Shown: positions 26,401 through 39,115 of the stretch, in pieces
How positions within the stretch are numbered: position 1 is the first letter of the stretch
How the letters are laid out: each line of letters starts with the position of its first letter
Assembly: GCA_973895155.1 (NCBI GenBank)
Contig: OZ316891.1
Span: forward strand, 21,752,513 to 21,816,512
From: Marsupella aquatica
Taxonomy: Eukaryota; Plantae; Marchantiophyta
Reading direction: 5' to 3'
DNA length: 64,000 nt
Notes under the pieces: model-generated
Seen by the model: the letters and a program-made list of their open reading frames with translations, nothing else
Told to the model about the DNA's origin: nothing
Database searches by the model: none
Made by a program: the position numbers and the translations under genes

Positions 26401-29400
26401 ACTTGATGTGAAAGTGATGGAGAATAGGTGAGCTAGCCTGTATGTGGAATGTATGTCGTCACTTTGCATCTATGTGTATAATTTTGATATCGACCAAAGT
26501 GAAGCAGAGCCTTGCTGCAGGGGTTTGCTAGCAGTTCCCATCACCTGCACTGTTTTTCATTCGTTTCTTCCAAGCAGAGCCTTGCCGCAGGGGTTTGCTA
26601 GCAGTTCCCATCACCTGCGCTGTTCTTTATTCGTTTCTTCCTGGCTCCCGGTTGTACTGGAGGATTGATGTTCCTTCAATCTCCTTCTCTGACTTGTCTT
26701 CCGATCTCAGTGTTTACTCAACAAGAAGTCTTGCTCATGGGCTTGTTTCAAAAGCATTTGAAAATCCTTTCCAACGATGCCTTAATCGCCTGTTTTCATC
26801 CAGTATTATTGAAAATCGTGTCACATTGACCCAGTCAACATTTATGCATTTTTCTGTGTCTAGCTATGTTATTTTTGCATTTTTTCGCCTACTTACGATT
26901 CATACTGCGTCTTCCTCTTTCTCTCAAAACCTGAGTGTCTAGGTTTGTTGGATGCGGCTTGACTTCTTCTTTCCAACGGTATAAAGAATGACACATTTGG
27001 TTTCCAGATCTTCCTACTCCGTAACATTTACGTGCTTTCATTGGAGCTCTGCATGACAGCTACATTTTTTCTATTCTCCTAACACTATGCCTGCTTCCGT
27101 TGGACAGGAGCGCTGCATGTCGGCGATGTATTTTATTGTTGCGCCTCTCCCAGAGAGCTAGTTTCTCCCAACAGGTATAGATCTCGGTTTTATTCTGAAG
27201 GTTATGTGATCGTTGGAAGCCAGGTACAGTAGTTCCCTATCTATTTTTAACGTTCTTAGCAATCTGATTGGAACAAGGATAAGACGAATTGACCATACAG
27301 TGTTATTCAAACTTAGAAAGTTTGACAAAGCTTGCAATAGATTAGAATTTAATTCTCAATGTCGATGTCAGCCTGACAAAAACTAGAATCTAGATCCATG
27401 CGTGAGATTATCTAACAAATGCCAAATTTTAAAACAATTCTGTAATCAGAAGGATAGCTACACAGCATAAAATTAAAATAGTAGTACATTTGTCTTGTGT
27501 GTAGATGGACACATCTTCTTTATTCTTCTGATGTCATTTGTACTTCCATTGGACAGGAGCGCTGCATGTCAAATATGTAATTTAGTGCTGAGATCCTCCC
27601 AGGGATGCTATTCAGAGTTAAACTACTACTTCACCAACAACGTACTTCACCAACAACAGAAGGTAGATCTGGTTTTCATTACCAAGGTTATGTGATTGTT
27701 AGGAAGGTACTTCCCTGTCTATTTTAATATTCTTACCACTTTGATTGGAAGAGGAATATTGCTCTCCTAGTTTTACGTCAGACAACACAAATTATGAAAC
27801 TATAATGTACTCTACATATTGATTCATCACTTTGCTTCCGACATGTGTTCTAACCAAGAGCAATGGCATTGATAAATTGTCTTGTAGACGTACATGAATA
27901 TAATTTGTAAAGTTTTTTATGTGCATCTCATCGTTTTCTGCTGCATGCAATTAAATACTGTGGTGGGTTTGCCAAAGTTTCAGTTCATTGTTTTAGCTTG
28001 TTGAAAATTATATTCACTATTTATCTTCTTTAGTGGTGGCCTTGTGATACTAAAGTTTGTTGCCTGGACATGTAGGTCCAAGACAACTTTGACTTCAACA
28101 CAATAGAGTGAGCAACAGGCGTAGCCGTTGACAGTAAAAGCACAGGTCAGATTTGGGTATGCACTAAACTATTATTGGGCAACTGCATATAATTAGCCTC
28201 TACGTGCCAGAAGTCAGCCCTGTCAATAATGCTAAAGAGTCCATAGATCGAGTCACTCAAGGAGAGGTATCTTTGTTGGGACTGTGTATGGATCGAGTAT
28301 CAATTGCAAGCATTCTTAGCACAAGGCTTGGTTTCTGTGCAAAGACAACTCAGACTAGTATATGGACGTACGTAGAGTTTAAGAAATTAATCTAAAAATT
28401 TGCTGCTAATTCATAACTAATCAATCGATCATGGCAAGAAGCTGAATATTTAGTCTGATATATCGAGGGCTTAGTTTGAGGTAAATTAAAAATGACTAGA
28501 TCAAATATTTTGGGCCAGATTCTGGGCCTTCTAAGATCTAGGAATTGATCTCAGTCAGTAAGGGTCGATAATGTATATATTGGCATATATGTGATTGAGT
28601 AGAGTAGAGTAGAGTAGAGAGGTCGGGGGGACGACTACCTGTGTCACAACATGAACTCATTTGTCCAACTTGCACGTCTTGGTCTAATTTAACATTCACA
28701 CTCTCACAGTCTGCAGTCTACCCGGCTGTCTACTCAGTTCAGTGTACAAGAATCAAGTGCCTTAGTTTCATTACGATGCTACATGTCGATAATATGCTTG
28801 TCAGAGTGTATGCTTGGCTGTGCAAACAGACCCATTCAAACAATTAATGCAGCAAACTGTTGTTGCTTACTGTTGGCAGCCATGTGGAAGATAGTAGCTT
28901 AGAGCAACACTCAACAATAGAGTTTCCAAGCACGCGGTAGGAAGACTAAATTTTGGTTGTATGTTTTCATTTGGTTCTACAAATCTCACATGCTTTTGAT
29001 CAGATTGTCTTTTTTTCCCTTCAGAAGTGGTTGTTCTTTAAATTAGTGTTCCTTTGTCACCTCCGCCCTTGCTATTTGGGTGGATTGACTCATTTGTTGA
29101 TCATGCCTCTCAGTATTGAGTCGTGTTCTTGTAACTCTTTGTGATTGGTAAGAGTTTTAATGCTCAACTTTTGGTTTTGTTCCTTTGTGTGGTGCAGTAT
29201 GCTGCGTAAAGGCGTGGAAGGCCAGGACTATTCTCACATGCTGTGTGAAGGCCAGGACTATTCTCAGTGGTAAGTGCTGCTACATGATTATACTGTTGGA
29301 CATCCTTAAGTCTCTATCGTTGTTTTGGAGCCTTTGTTAATTGGAAACTTCTTGTTATGGCATATCTGTTTGAATATATACCCTTTGATATTGGCTTTGT

Positions 29401-30099
29401 GAGCACATGATGAAGTGTGATCTTGGATGTGTTTGGCAGTCTAGGAAGGTGGATCGCGCTACCCCTTCTCATCTCAATAACTGGCCTAAACGTGGCATAT
29501 ATCCCTTTTTCTAATCCCCATCAGCGCGGAGTTGTTGAGGCTTGAGCTGGTCTGAGCAGGGTTGCTGAGCTAACTTGAAGTGCACTTGATCATAGGTAAC
29601 CTGCCCTCAATCTCTGTAGTCCAGAGTGTGCTGAAGATTGCCATAGCAAGATTTGTCCTATTGTGCTTGACTATTCCTAAAGGTCATTTTATGTTCATTA
29701 ACAATAACCAAAGTCTAAACTTGGAGGTCACAACTAAAAGTTTATGGAGGATTGTAATATCCCCTTCTTCCCACAATCCTAACTCAATCCATGAATCCTT
29801 CAAGTAAGTTGTTACGGACTATACACCTTATCAAAGAAATCATCCCTGAGGCCAGCAGCTAAGTCGTTACGGCCAGTGCATTTCCTGAATCCGTTCCATG
29901 TTGTGGAGTCCCAATAAAATCACTCCACTCCTAAGTCAGCTATCATTCCAGCAATCCCACTTTATGAAATGGATTGCATTTTATCCCTACCAGCTCAAAC
30001 CATGATGTGCAATTCAACTGTCTCTCACATCGTGTCCCCTTGGCCTCTCTGTGGTCAACTGAGCTAGCCTTCCTTTGAGGCAATACATTTATCAATTGC

Positions 30100-31000
30100 T
30101 GCATGAACCATGGCTTGTGCTGCGAAGCAAGTGACCTCGATTATCCTCCCAGTCGGCCCTGTCTCTGAAATAGATTTCCATGATTTCATATAGCACAAAC
30201 CATGGTTTGCACATCTTTATGTTAAGTCTAATTCCACCACTCTGACCTCAACTCACCTTCCTTTGAGGCATTACATTTTCCAAACCTGGTGCCTTGTACC
30301 TATCGTGGCACAAACCATGGTTCGTGCTGTGAAGGGGTAATATGTGACTCCCACTATCACAACTCACATCTGGACTTGGCTGTCCTTCCAGCCAACAATT
30401 TTCTAGCAAATGGATTTACATTTGTACTTGCAGCACAAACAAGGATTTGCACATCATGCATGTCCACCCAGTCCAATTTCTAATCTTAATGAAGCTCAAT
30501 TTTGCTTTCAAGGGCATGAACCATGGTTTGCTCTGAAGTTTATCTTCCTAGTCAATTTTTCTAGACCTTGTTGCACAAAGGGACCTATTGATATCCGAGC
30601 CTTATTACTTCATGTTCATTTTGATTGTTAGTGTTGCCATTCATTTAAGGTGAAAGTCATATCATTTGCAGTGCAAACCATGGTTTGCACTACTGAGAAT
30701 AAGTATCACAAGCCCTCATTGCACGAATCTTGGTTTGCAGTGTCCCCATTGATTTGTCCTGAAGTTCATTCCCTGTAACCATTTGCAGAGCAAACCATGG
30801 TTTGCAGTACAAAGAATAAATACCAGTCACAGCTAGCTATCTTGCACGAACCTTGGTTTGCACTGTCCCAGTAGTCTTTGATTCAATTCATTTAGATTCA
30901 AAGCTAAATATTATTCCATGAACCTTTGTTTGCACTATCCCTAGTCATCTTTGATTTCATCTAGATTTAGAGCTTGCAGCATGAACCATGGTTTGATGAT
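30100..31000. promoter_or_regulatory. Cluster of element-A palindromes (RCGAACCATGGTTCGY) upstream of the cargo gene
   Basis: About ten copies, e.g. ACAAACCATGGTTCGT at 30310, GCAAACCATGGTTTGC at 30673, ACGAACCTTGGTTTGC at 30846; function inferred. Confidence 0.6.
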
Positions 31001-31190
31001 CTACATTTTGCCAGAATCCAAACTACTCTATGCTGTCCCTGGGAGAAAATTAAGTCAAACATTTCAAAATATCTGGTTTCTTTGAACATTCAACATGTTC
31101 TTTAAAGAATATCCTTGACACATCTTGCCGACAGTATTCTTATGATCAAATTTGTTTTTGTTGTGAAGCAGAGCGAGAACGCACATAGTC

Positions 31191-34100
31191 ATGGCATCCG
31201 AAGGAGAAACTAGCAAGAAGAAGCGGAAGTCTTTGGAAAAAACTGATGGAAGCCCAAAAAAAAGGAAAGCGAAAGTTAGAAAGGGTGTCACAGGAGTGAA
31301 TTCCATCACTAATTTTTGTGGGAGGAAGATGACATTGAAATCCACCATCACCGATACTGTTGTCCGAGTTGAACAGAAAGATATGAAGCACTGGGGAGTG
31401 GTGCTTGATAAGAATGTTCTTCGGATGTGCGTCGCTTCTGAAGAGGGGACTTTGGTATTGTCAGACTCTCGAATTCTCAGTTGTGTTTATGAGAAAAATG
31501 TCAACCTGAAAGACTGTCAAGAGGCTTTGGTCCTTCTGGTCGAGGAGGATACCGTCGATGAATCACAAAACAATAGGATTTGCTATTGTTTCTCCATAGA
31601 GGTATTTGGGATGTTTGACCAAACATACATTGAGGCAAATTGTAGATTATCTCCGGAGGCATTCTCAACCATTTTGGATCCCACATTCCCAAAGGTTTCT
31701 ACACTCATAAATGGCCCAAGCATTGAGAGGTACATGTTATCCATCTTGGCATGGGCAAAATGCACCTTCCCGGAAACATTTCGTGTTGGAAAGAAGGAGG
31801 AACTTGAGAAGCAATCCAAGTTTGAAACAGGAGAACTTCCAAAAGTGATCACTGGAGAAAACATTGGAGATCTTTGCAAGAGTTTCAATGGTGTTTATAA
31901 AAAAGCAAACATCTTTGATAGTAGAGTTTTCAATGTTGAAAATTTGAAATGCCACATTGCACCCAATGTTGTAAAATGTAGAGGACATGACCCTGATTAC
32001 TCAAGGGACCTTGCCAACTCGATGAAATTTCAGTCGTTGGTAAATTTTGAGAAGCGGGTTTGTTTCCTCATCCCAGTGCTTTGGGATGAGAGCAGGAGCA
32101 CTGAAGTTGGCTATTGTGGGACTCCATTGTCACACCCACCGATCCTTGATCAAATTGACAATTATCATTTTTGGATAATTGGAGGCCAGCACACAGTAAT
32201 AGCTTACCGATTACTTTTGAATGATGAATCAGTGGATGCTGCTATTCATCAAAAATGCCTTACAATTGATGCCGTGATGTTTTGGGCACCATATGATTTG
32301 GCTGGGAACCTGGTAATGATGGGATTATCAAAGACATTGAATCATGTCCATCACACAGCGATGGATGAATCCCAATTTTTCTTGATTGCAAGACAGGTCA
32401 GAGATATTTGGAAAAGTTATGGATGTCCTCCTTCAGAGACAAACAGCACCAAAGATTCAAAATGGAAGGTAAGAGTCATATATTTCATAAGTTTATTTTT
32501 ATTCTTGTTTAACTTCTGCTAGTGCATCTGAATGCAATAGAATGTGAAAAGTATAACAGTGTGAACCATGGTTCGTATCCACCTAATGATTTTAGTTGTG
32601 TGTGAACAACACTTCTCAAAAGCAGCAATGATCGTCATCCCTTGGGCTAAAGAGGAGAATGGAAAATTTAATTTGGGTGAACTTGGACCTTTCATCTTAA
32701 ATATGATAGATTCCACCTTCAACTTGTGGATGAAAGTTTACGAGATGTCAAGAGAAGGAAAATTGGTTGCTTTCAATGGGTTCTTACAGAGAGATGTTAT
32801 TAAGAAAGATTCTGCTCAAGGAGCTTGGGAGGTGGCACGAAGAACATTTCGGGATTTTCTTGGTGTTGAAGATGCAGTGTTGATGAAGATTGCAAGGTAT
32901 CTTCTTACCAATAAGAAGATCTCACTAATGAAGCAACGAAGTAGCGGAATTGCAAAGAAGATAGATGCAGTTCCTATCGAAGAAGATTTCATTGCTCTTG
33001 ATGAGTATTGCGTTCAAAAGAAGCAGGATAAGGAGTTTGAGATACTGCTTTTGAAATATCTTGCAAAAGATAATATGCCTAAGGGGAAACTACGAGCGTT
33101 GCCCATGGAGCAGAGAATCGAGAAGGTGAATGCAATGCGAGCTTTTTTTAAGCTTACTCCAGATAAAGTTGAAAAACTTTGAACTACGCTTGGACCTGCA
33201 GTAATCCCAAAATCATTAACGAAGAACACTGGAAATGACGAGTTGCAAAATCTTTTGCCTGGAGTTTTTAAGAGTTTGATATGGTCAATCAGGGCTTCAG
33301 TGGATGGAAAAGGTAATCCGGTGGTTGTGAAACTTGACCCAAAACTTAGGTTTTGTTCAAATGAGGGATTTGGAACTCCTGCATTTTTTTGTCCAATCAT
33401 CTTGGAATTGAAAGAAATGGCAACATTCATATTCTTGGATGCTACCATGATACCTGGAATAAGTCCCATGACACGGAAGACATATGAAGCATTCTTTGAT
33501 GCAGCTTCTATGATTGGGTCCAAACCATCTCATGTCGTGGTAGTGATATCATCTGCGATCGACTCTTTCTTTGTGATGAGTGCCATTTCAGCACACCCAC
33601 ATTATGTTGCATTCACAACACAATACTGGACACAATCTCGACCGTCATCTTCTACATCGACAATTTATGATGTCAATTGTCTTTTTGTAACTTATGCATT
33701 CTTCAAAGTGTCATTCACTGAAGAATGTGAGGCAGATGAGATTTCTGGAAAAATTTTGTTAAGCTTTAAGAAAGCAGGATGTTTGAAGAATTATGAAGAG
33801 ACAACAGAAGATGTTGCAGAGCAGACTCAGTTTGGGGAGAAAAGCAAGAGTTTCTATGATAACTTGACTTCTCAACTTGTCTCATTTGACAAGTTTTCTG
33901 TCTGTTTTGGAGATGGCCGACATCTGATCCACTCCCTTTTGGTATGAGTTTTTAAACCCCAAACCTTACAGTTGAAAGTTCATTTAATTATTCAACTATA
34001 TTGAAATCCCAAGTATTAAAACTCAGTCTCATGGTTTTGCAGAACTTGGGAGCTCGGGTACGTTCATATTGTGACGAGTCTAATCACGAAGGACTTACGC

Positions 34101-36660
34101 AGTTCTTTTCTTCCACAAACAAGTTTAATCATGATCAGCCTGAAGAAGCATCATGTGAACTTCGAAGTATTTTAGAGAAAAATATTGCCAGATTGATGAA
34201 GTATAATTTGGCCAAGAAGAATATGAGAGAGGACATTATTGAGCTTTGCAAAGATACCTTACACCTTGGTGAAAGTAGTATTGCTCGTGTGATCAAGGAA
34301 TATGGATTGGGCAACATTCCTGAATCAGATGACAAAGTCTACGAAATGCCAACCAATGTTCCTACTGATCCACTTGGAGGTTAATATGACTACCATTTGT
34401 TATAAACTACCATATTCAATAGCTAATGATGAATTAAGTAGCCAAACTTGTCATATGCCAGATATGAATCATGAATTATAAATCGATGTTCTCAAGAGAA
34501 TGATGTACATGATTTGATATAGAATGATTGATTGATGAAAATATTAGAATGAACCATGGTTGGAACAAGTTGGATGTGTGAAGTTAGATAAATTTATCAA
34601 GACAATATAGAACCTATTATTTGGTATAGTCCAAACATTTCAAATGGATAATAATTCCAACTAGAGTTGAAGCAAATACTAATACGAACTGAACAACCCA
34701 ATCATAGTTTTAACTTGTCAAATGAATCGCTTAAATTCTATAAATAGATTAACTTACTCTGGAATTTTGTGAAAAATTAGATTAGTACTTAACATAATAT
34801 AGAAAACACTTGTCTAATACATCATGTAGTCATTGAAATTAGGCAAAGCAAACTAATAGCGATATTTAATAAATAAAAATAATTAGAAGTTTATTGGTTC
34901 ACCATATTTATCTATTGTTTGTTGTTTTGGTTGTAGGAGATGAAACCAATTCTATTGAGGACGAGAACAAGGATGAGGACGAAGAGGATAACATTGATTC
35001 CCCGAATGCTTGGCAGCCACTAAAGTTGGATCACGTGGAATCACCAAATGATTCAATGGAAATTCTTGACTCGTTCAGGGCTTTCCAAACCGAACCAGAG
35101 CTCAATGTCGAGGAACAAGGAGTTTCAATGACCAAAGGAAGATGCCCTACCTCAAATCTAAATGCAAAGAATGTTAAAAATATCCAATCAAATTGTAGCC
35201 GTGCTGGGGTGCAAGAATCAAATCAAAGAAACAAAAATGAAGTGGCATTTGATGAAACCAAAAGTAAAAATGAGCGAAGAATGATTGTCCGCAAATTTGT
35301 GTGGGAAAATTATATTCCTGATCAGGAAACCAGTTGCCCAGATCACATTTCTACAATAGATTGGGATGAGTTCTTTCGAAGCGAAGCTCAATTTCATGGG
35401 TGGAAAGCAAGAGCATATTGGCATGAAGCTTTGACTCATCGCTCCGGTTTGGAAACCCCTGAACAAATCACTAATTTACAAGATAATGTCTATTATGCAA
35501 CAGAAGTATGTGAAATGGTTGGAGATCCTCCTATTGATGTTTTTGCCATTCAAAGTGAACCTAAAAGCACTATTAACAAATGGACTTGGATGAAGGAGTA
35601 TCAACTAATCTCCAACCCTATCACTAACTCTATAGATACACCCGTGTCTAATCTTAATGATGCTACACTAGATACATGTGCAGTTTATCAAAGTGATTAT
35701 GAACAAGCAATCATCCAAGATTTGGGTGTGAAGAGAGATGATTCTTTCATTCCAAACGAGGAAACAATAAGAGACAATGCTTTGGTCGTGAATCCAATGG
35801 TGGAGCAGATGGATCCTTTACTGGTTGAAACTAACATTTTGGGCACGTCTCCCATATCGACAGAGCAAGTAAATGTTGATGGTGATCCAGTGGAGAAGAA
35901 AATGGATCCTTCAATGGTTGAAACTAACATTTTGGACGTGCCTCCCACATCGACAGAGTCAAGAAATGCTAACAACAACCTAGCAAGGGAGCAGATGGAT
36001 CCTCTAGTGGTTGAGACTAACATTTTGGATGTGCGTCCCACATCAACAGAGCCAATAAATGCTAACAATAACCTAGCAAGGGAGCAGATGGATCCTCTAG
36101 TGGTTGAGGCTAATATTTTGGATGAGCCTTTCACATTGACAAAGCCAAGAAATGTTGACAGCAACCTAGCAAGGGAGCAAATGGATCCTCTAGAGACAAG
36201 AAATGTTGAAATCAATGCACAAGTGGATCCTGTTATGATTTTGGCCGAAAAACCAAAGGTGTCTCACACATCGATGGACCCTAAAACAAATGAGAGTGAT
36301 TTGTTGGTAGATAGTGAAGAACATCCTTGGATCCAACAAGCCACTAACCTTGAAGATCAAGACATACCGGAGGTGGGAAAAATTGCGCCTTGGGAAGAGG
36401 AAGCATCTGCTGCAGCCTACGCTGATGGATTGAATGAATTACCACCTCCTTTTTTGGGGATCCCATTAGTTTCAACTTCTCATGGAGATTGTTCACAAAC
36501 GACTCCGGCAACAAGAATGGAGCTTCCTAAGACTGGTTCCAAGGTCATTCCAGGTCGTGCCACTCGACGGGATTCAAAGAGACCCTCGGTGATAGAAAAA
36601 GTTACTATGCTGCCAAAGGTGAAGAAGACACCTCAGCAGATTTTGCGCAACAAGAAGTAA
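31191..36660 (+). pseudogene. Element A cargo gene: NLS, ParB-like domain, degenerate amino-MTase-like fold, acidic/repeat tail (4 exons)
   Basis: KKKRK/KKRK NLS; YHFWIIGGQHTVIAY; FIFLDATM...EKSKSFYDNLTSQLV...CFGDGRHLIHSLL|NLGA; donors at 32469, 33942 and ~34380; premature TGA at 33180 (Arg in the paralog); homologous to 49229-44450. Confidence 0.75.
35803..36192 (+). repeat. Coding tandem repeat, 93 bp (31 aa) x ~4
   Basis: EQMDPLVVETNILDVPPTSTESRNANNNLAR-like units. Confidence 0.9.
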
Positions 36661-36778
36661 TGATTTTATTTTGACTATACTTAAAATGTATAATGTTTTT
36701 CATAGTGCTATAAATTGTTTGATTGTTTAGGTGCAATCTGAGCCCAAACCAGCAAATTGGTCATAATGGTTGTGAATA

Positions 36779-37589
36779 GTGTATAGTATCAAGGAAACTT
36801 ACCCATTATGGTTGCAAAAGTCATTGCAACAAGATAAGAGGGAACACTTCCAAATATGGATCAATACTCAGTATATTCGTGATCATGGAGATAGAAATCA
36901 TTCAAGGAGATTCCATGTGTTTAATAATCAGGGTACATTTTGGACTACTTATCACACTTATTTGTAGAATGAACCATGGTGCATAGTTAATTTATGACAT
37001 ATTTTTGGGTACTATTCTAAATCTCATCTGTGTGTGTTGTGTACAGGTGAGAGTTGAAAAATTATTCAGGAAATTACTTGTCATAAGTATCAACAAGTTC
37101 CTCATTTACACAACTGGGGTCTCTCGTCATTTGAAGAAGACATCATCTTTCCGAGTTTATAACAAAATGATCTTTCCGAGACCATATGTACAAGAATTTC
37201 TTGAATTTTGCACTTCAACTTTTGATGTGGTTCTTTGGGCACTCACTGACACATGCAAACTGGCTGATCAAATGGATCCAATACTCACAGATAAAGCTTT
37301 GAGTTTTTCTGGTCTTAAGTATCTTACATCAACTTTGATGGACATGAAACAGATCAATGATATTTATCCACAATATCAAAGACAAAATGTTATATTTTTA
37401 GAGTGTTATCCATCATTTGATAGTGTAAATCCAATGTATTCAAGGCTGTATCCCAAGCCGTATTATGGTAATTGTAAAGACAATTTTCTTAGAGGCACAC
37501 TTATTCCATATTTACATAATCTAGAAGATTCTGGTCAGACAGCGCATAAGTTTATTAAATATCACTATCCTACTTGGTCTGAAGTATGA
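36779..37589 (+). CDS. FCP1/SCP (NIF)-like HAD domain exon (37047-37589) plus a C-terminal remnant of a second one (36779-36920)
   Basis: KLLVISINKFL...FPRPYVQEFLEFC...FDVVLW...DNFLRGTLIPYL; catalytic DxD replaced by SIN. Confidence 0.75.
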
Positions 37590-38759
37590 GACAGTATCAA
37601 TAGAAATGTAGTAAAAGAAACCACAGCTTGTGTGGTGTAGTGTTTAGAATATATTCAAATGTATTCTTTTTGGATAATAAAAGTTACATTATTTACGTGA
37701 AAAATTGAAATGATTGATTACTGCATTATATATTCATGAATGATTACTTGTAATGTTCATTTTACTTCATAATGTCGAATGCCAAAATGTCTACTTGTAG
37801 AGCAAAAATTCTATTCTTGAACTCAGTTTTGGCAGCACCCGATAATACTTGTAAATTCAGTCTTTATATTCATAGTGTCTGATGCGAAAATAGATACACA
37901 TAGTATAAAACTTGTCATTTTGTAGAGATCTACTAGTGTTAAATGCAAAAAATTTGGCTTAAGTTTCTTTTAGGCCCTTGGAACTTATTGAGTATTATAG
38001 CCAATATTAATTCTCAAATTCAGTAGATACCAATTTAAATGAAAACTTTTTGTTTACTCACTATCAGTGTATTGCATTGAATATGCATTTCACCAACAAA
38101 TTAGAATACGAACCATGGTTTATTGTATGTTTTGACACTTAATTTGGTTTACTTCTTTTTTTGTTTGGGGAGGGGGGGGGAATAAAACCCGCAAAAACCC
38201 ATGGGAAGGGGGGCCCAACAGGGCAACAAAGACAGAGGCAGCAAAATGCAAACCTATGAGATGGAGAGAGAGCCCCAATGAGCAAGGACAAAAAAAGATG
38301 CGGTCCATGCAAGCAAGGAAAGACACAATCCAAAAGAAAAGTGTCCAAGCGTGTGACCCACCTAAGATGTTCCTGACTAACTAATTCTTTTACTCTAAGT
38401 AATCTAGTATGTTTTCTACCAAGACCCGAGGCTTTGCAGAGGCCATGCAAAGAGTCTAACATTTATGAAAGGAGTAGATTCAAGTTAAACACTCAATTTG
38501 GTTTACTTTGTTTAAATTGTTCCTATCACATGTGACTGAACTTGGATCCATCAGGTTTTTGTTGATGTCCTGGAGCATACCATACTTTCAAACTAGAGGA
38601 AAAGAGTTAATACAATGGGGGAAAATGGAAGTCTTGGACACTTCCCCCTTATATATGGCCCGTGGTGGTTTAAATTTATTTATTTATTTATTTAAATGAA
38701 TTAAATAAATCAGTAATATCTTTGTAAAACTTCATTTAAGCATTTATGGAATTGAAAAT

Positions 38760-38783
38760 TCCACTTTTATCTAAATAAGGGTT
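38760..38783 (-). repeat. Element A right TIR
   Basis: Reverse complement AACCCTTATTTAGATAAAAGTGGA, 22/24 identical to the left TIR. Confidence 0.9.
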
Positions 38784-38842
38784 GAGTGTTGTCAACCTAC
38801 ATACGTTGAGTTATTGTTGGGGTACTCATAATGTATTTATCG

Positions 38843-39107
38843 CTCGGGGGTTTCACTTCCACAAAAATGGCATATCACGTGCGACGAAGTATAGGGTCAT
38901 TTTATTGGTTCAAAGGGAAGACTTAAGAATTTTCTGAGAAGAACAATAGAGTTTTTTAAATCAAATTTTGATACTTATAAGAACATTAGTATCCTTATAA
39001 TCAAAATTTAACTTTATAGGGGTTGATTTTTTTTTTAAAATTCTTACATTTGAGGGGGTCCAAGGCCTAAAATGATGAGGAGGCATCCATATAGTGAGAC
39101 CCCCGAG
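38843..39107. mobile_element. MITE family M, copy 1
   Basis: TIR CTCGGGGGTTTCACT / AGTGAGACCCCCGAG; 8-bp TSD ATTTATCG / ATTTATCA. Confidence 0.9.
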
Positions 39108-39115
39108 ATTTATCA

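Larger units (their letters stand above)
12489..38783. mobile_element. Element A: 26.3-kb cargo-carrying DDD DNA transposon (Sola-like / DUF7869-type transposase)
   Basis: 24-bp TIRs with 2 mismatches; 4-bp TSD GAGT at 12485-12488 and 38784-38787; transposase next to the left TIR, cargo genes toward the right TIR. Confidence 0.9.

Noticed and set aside
35697-36215. Minus-strand 172-aa repetitive ORF
   Set aside because: Antisense of the 93-bp coding repeat.
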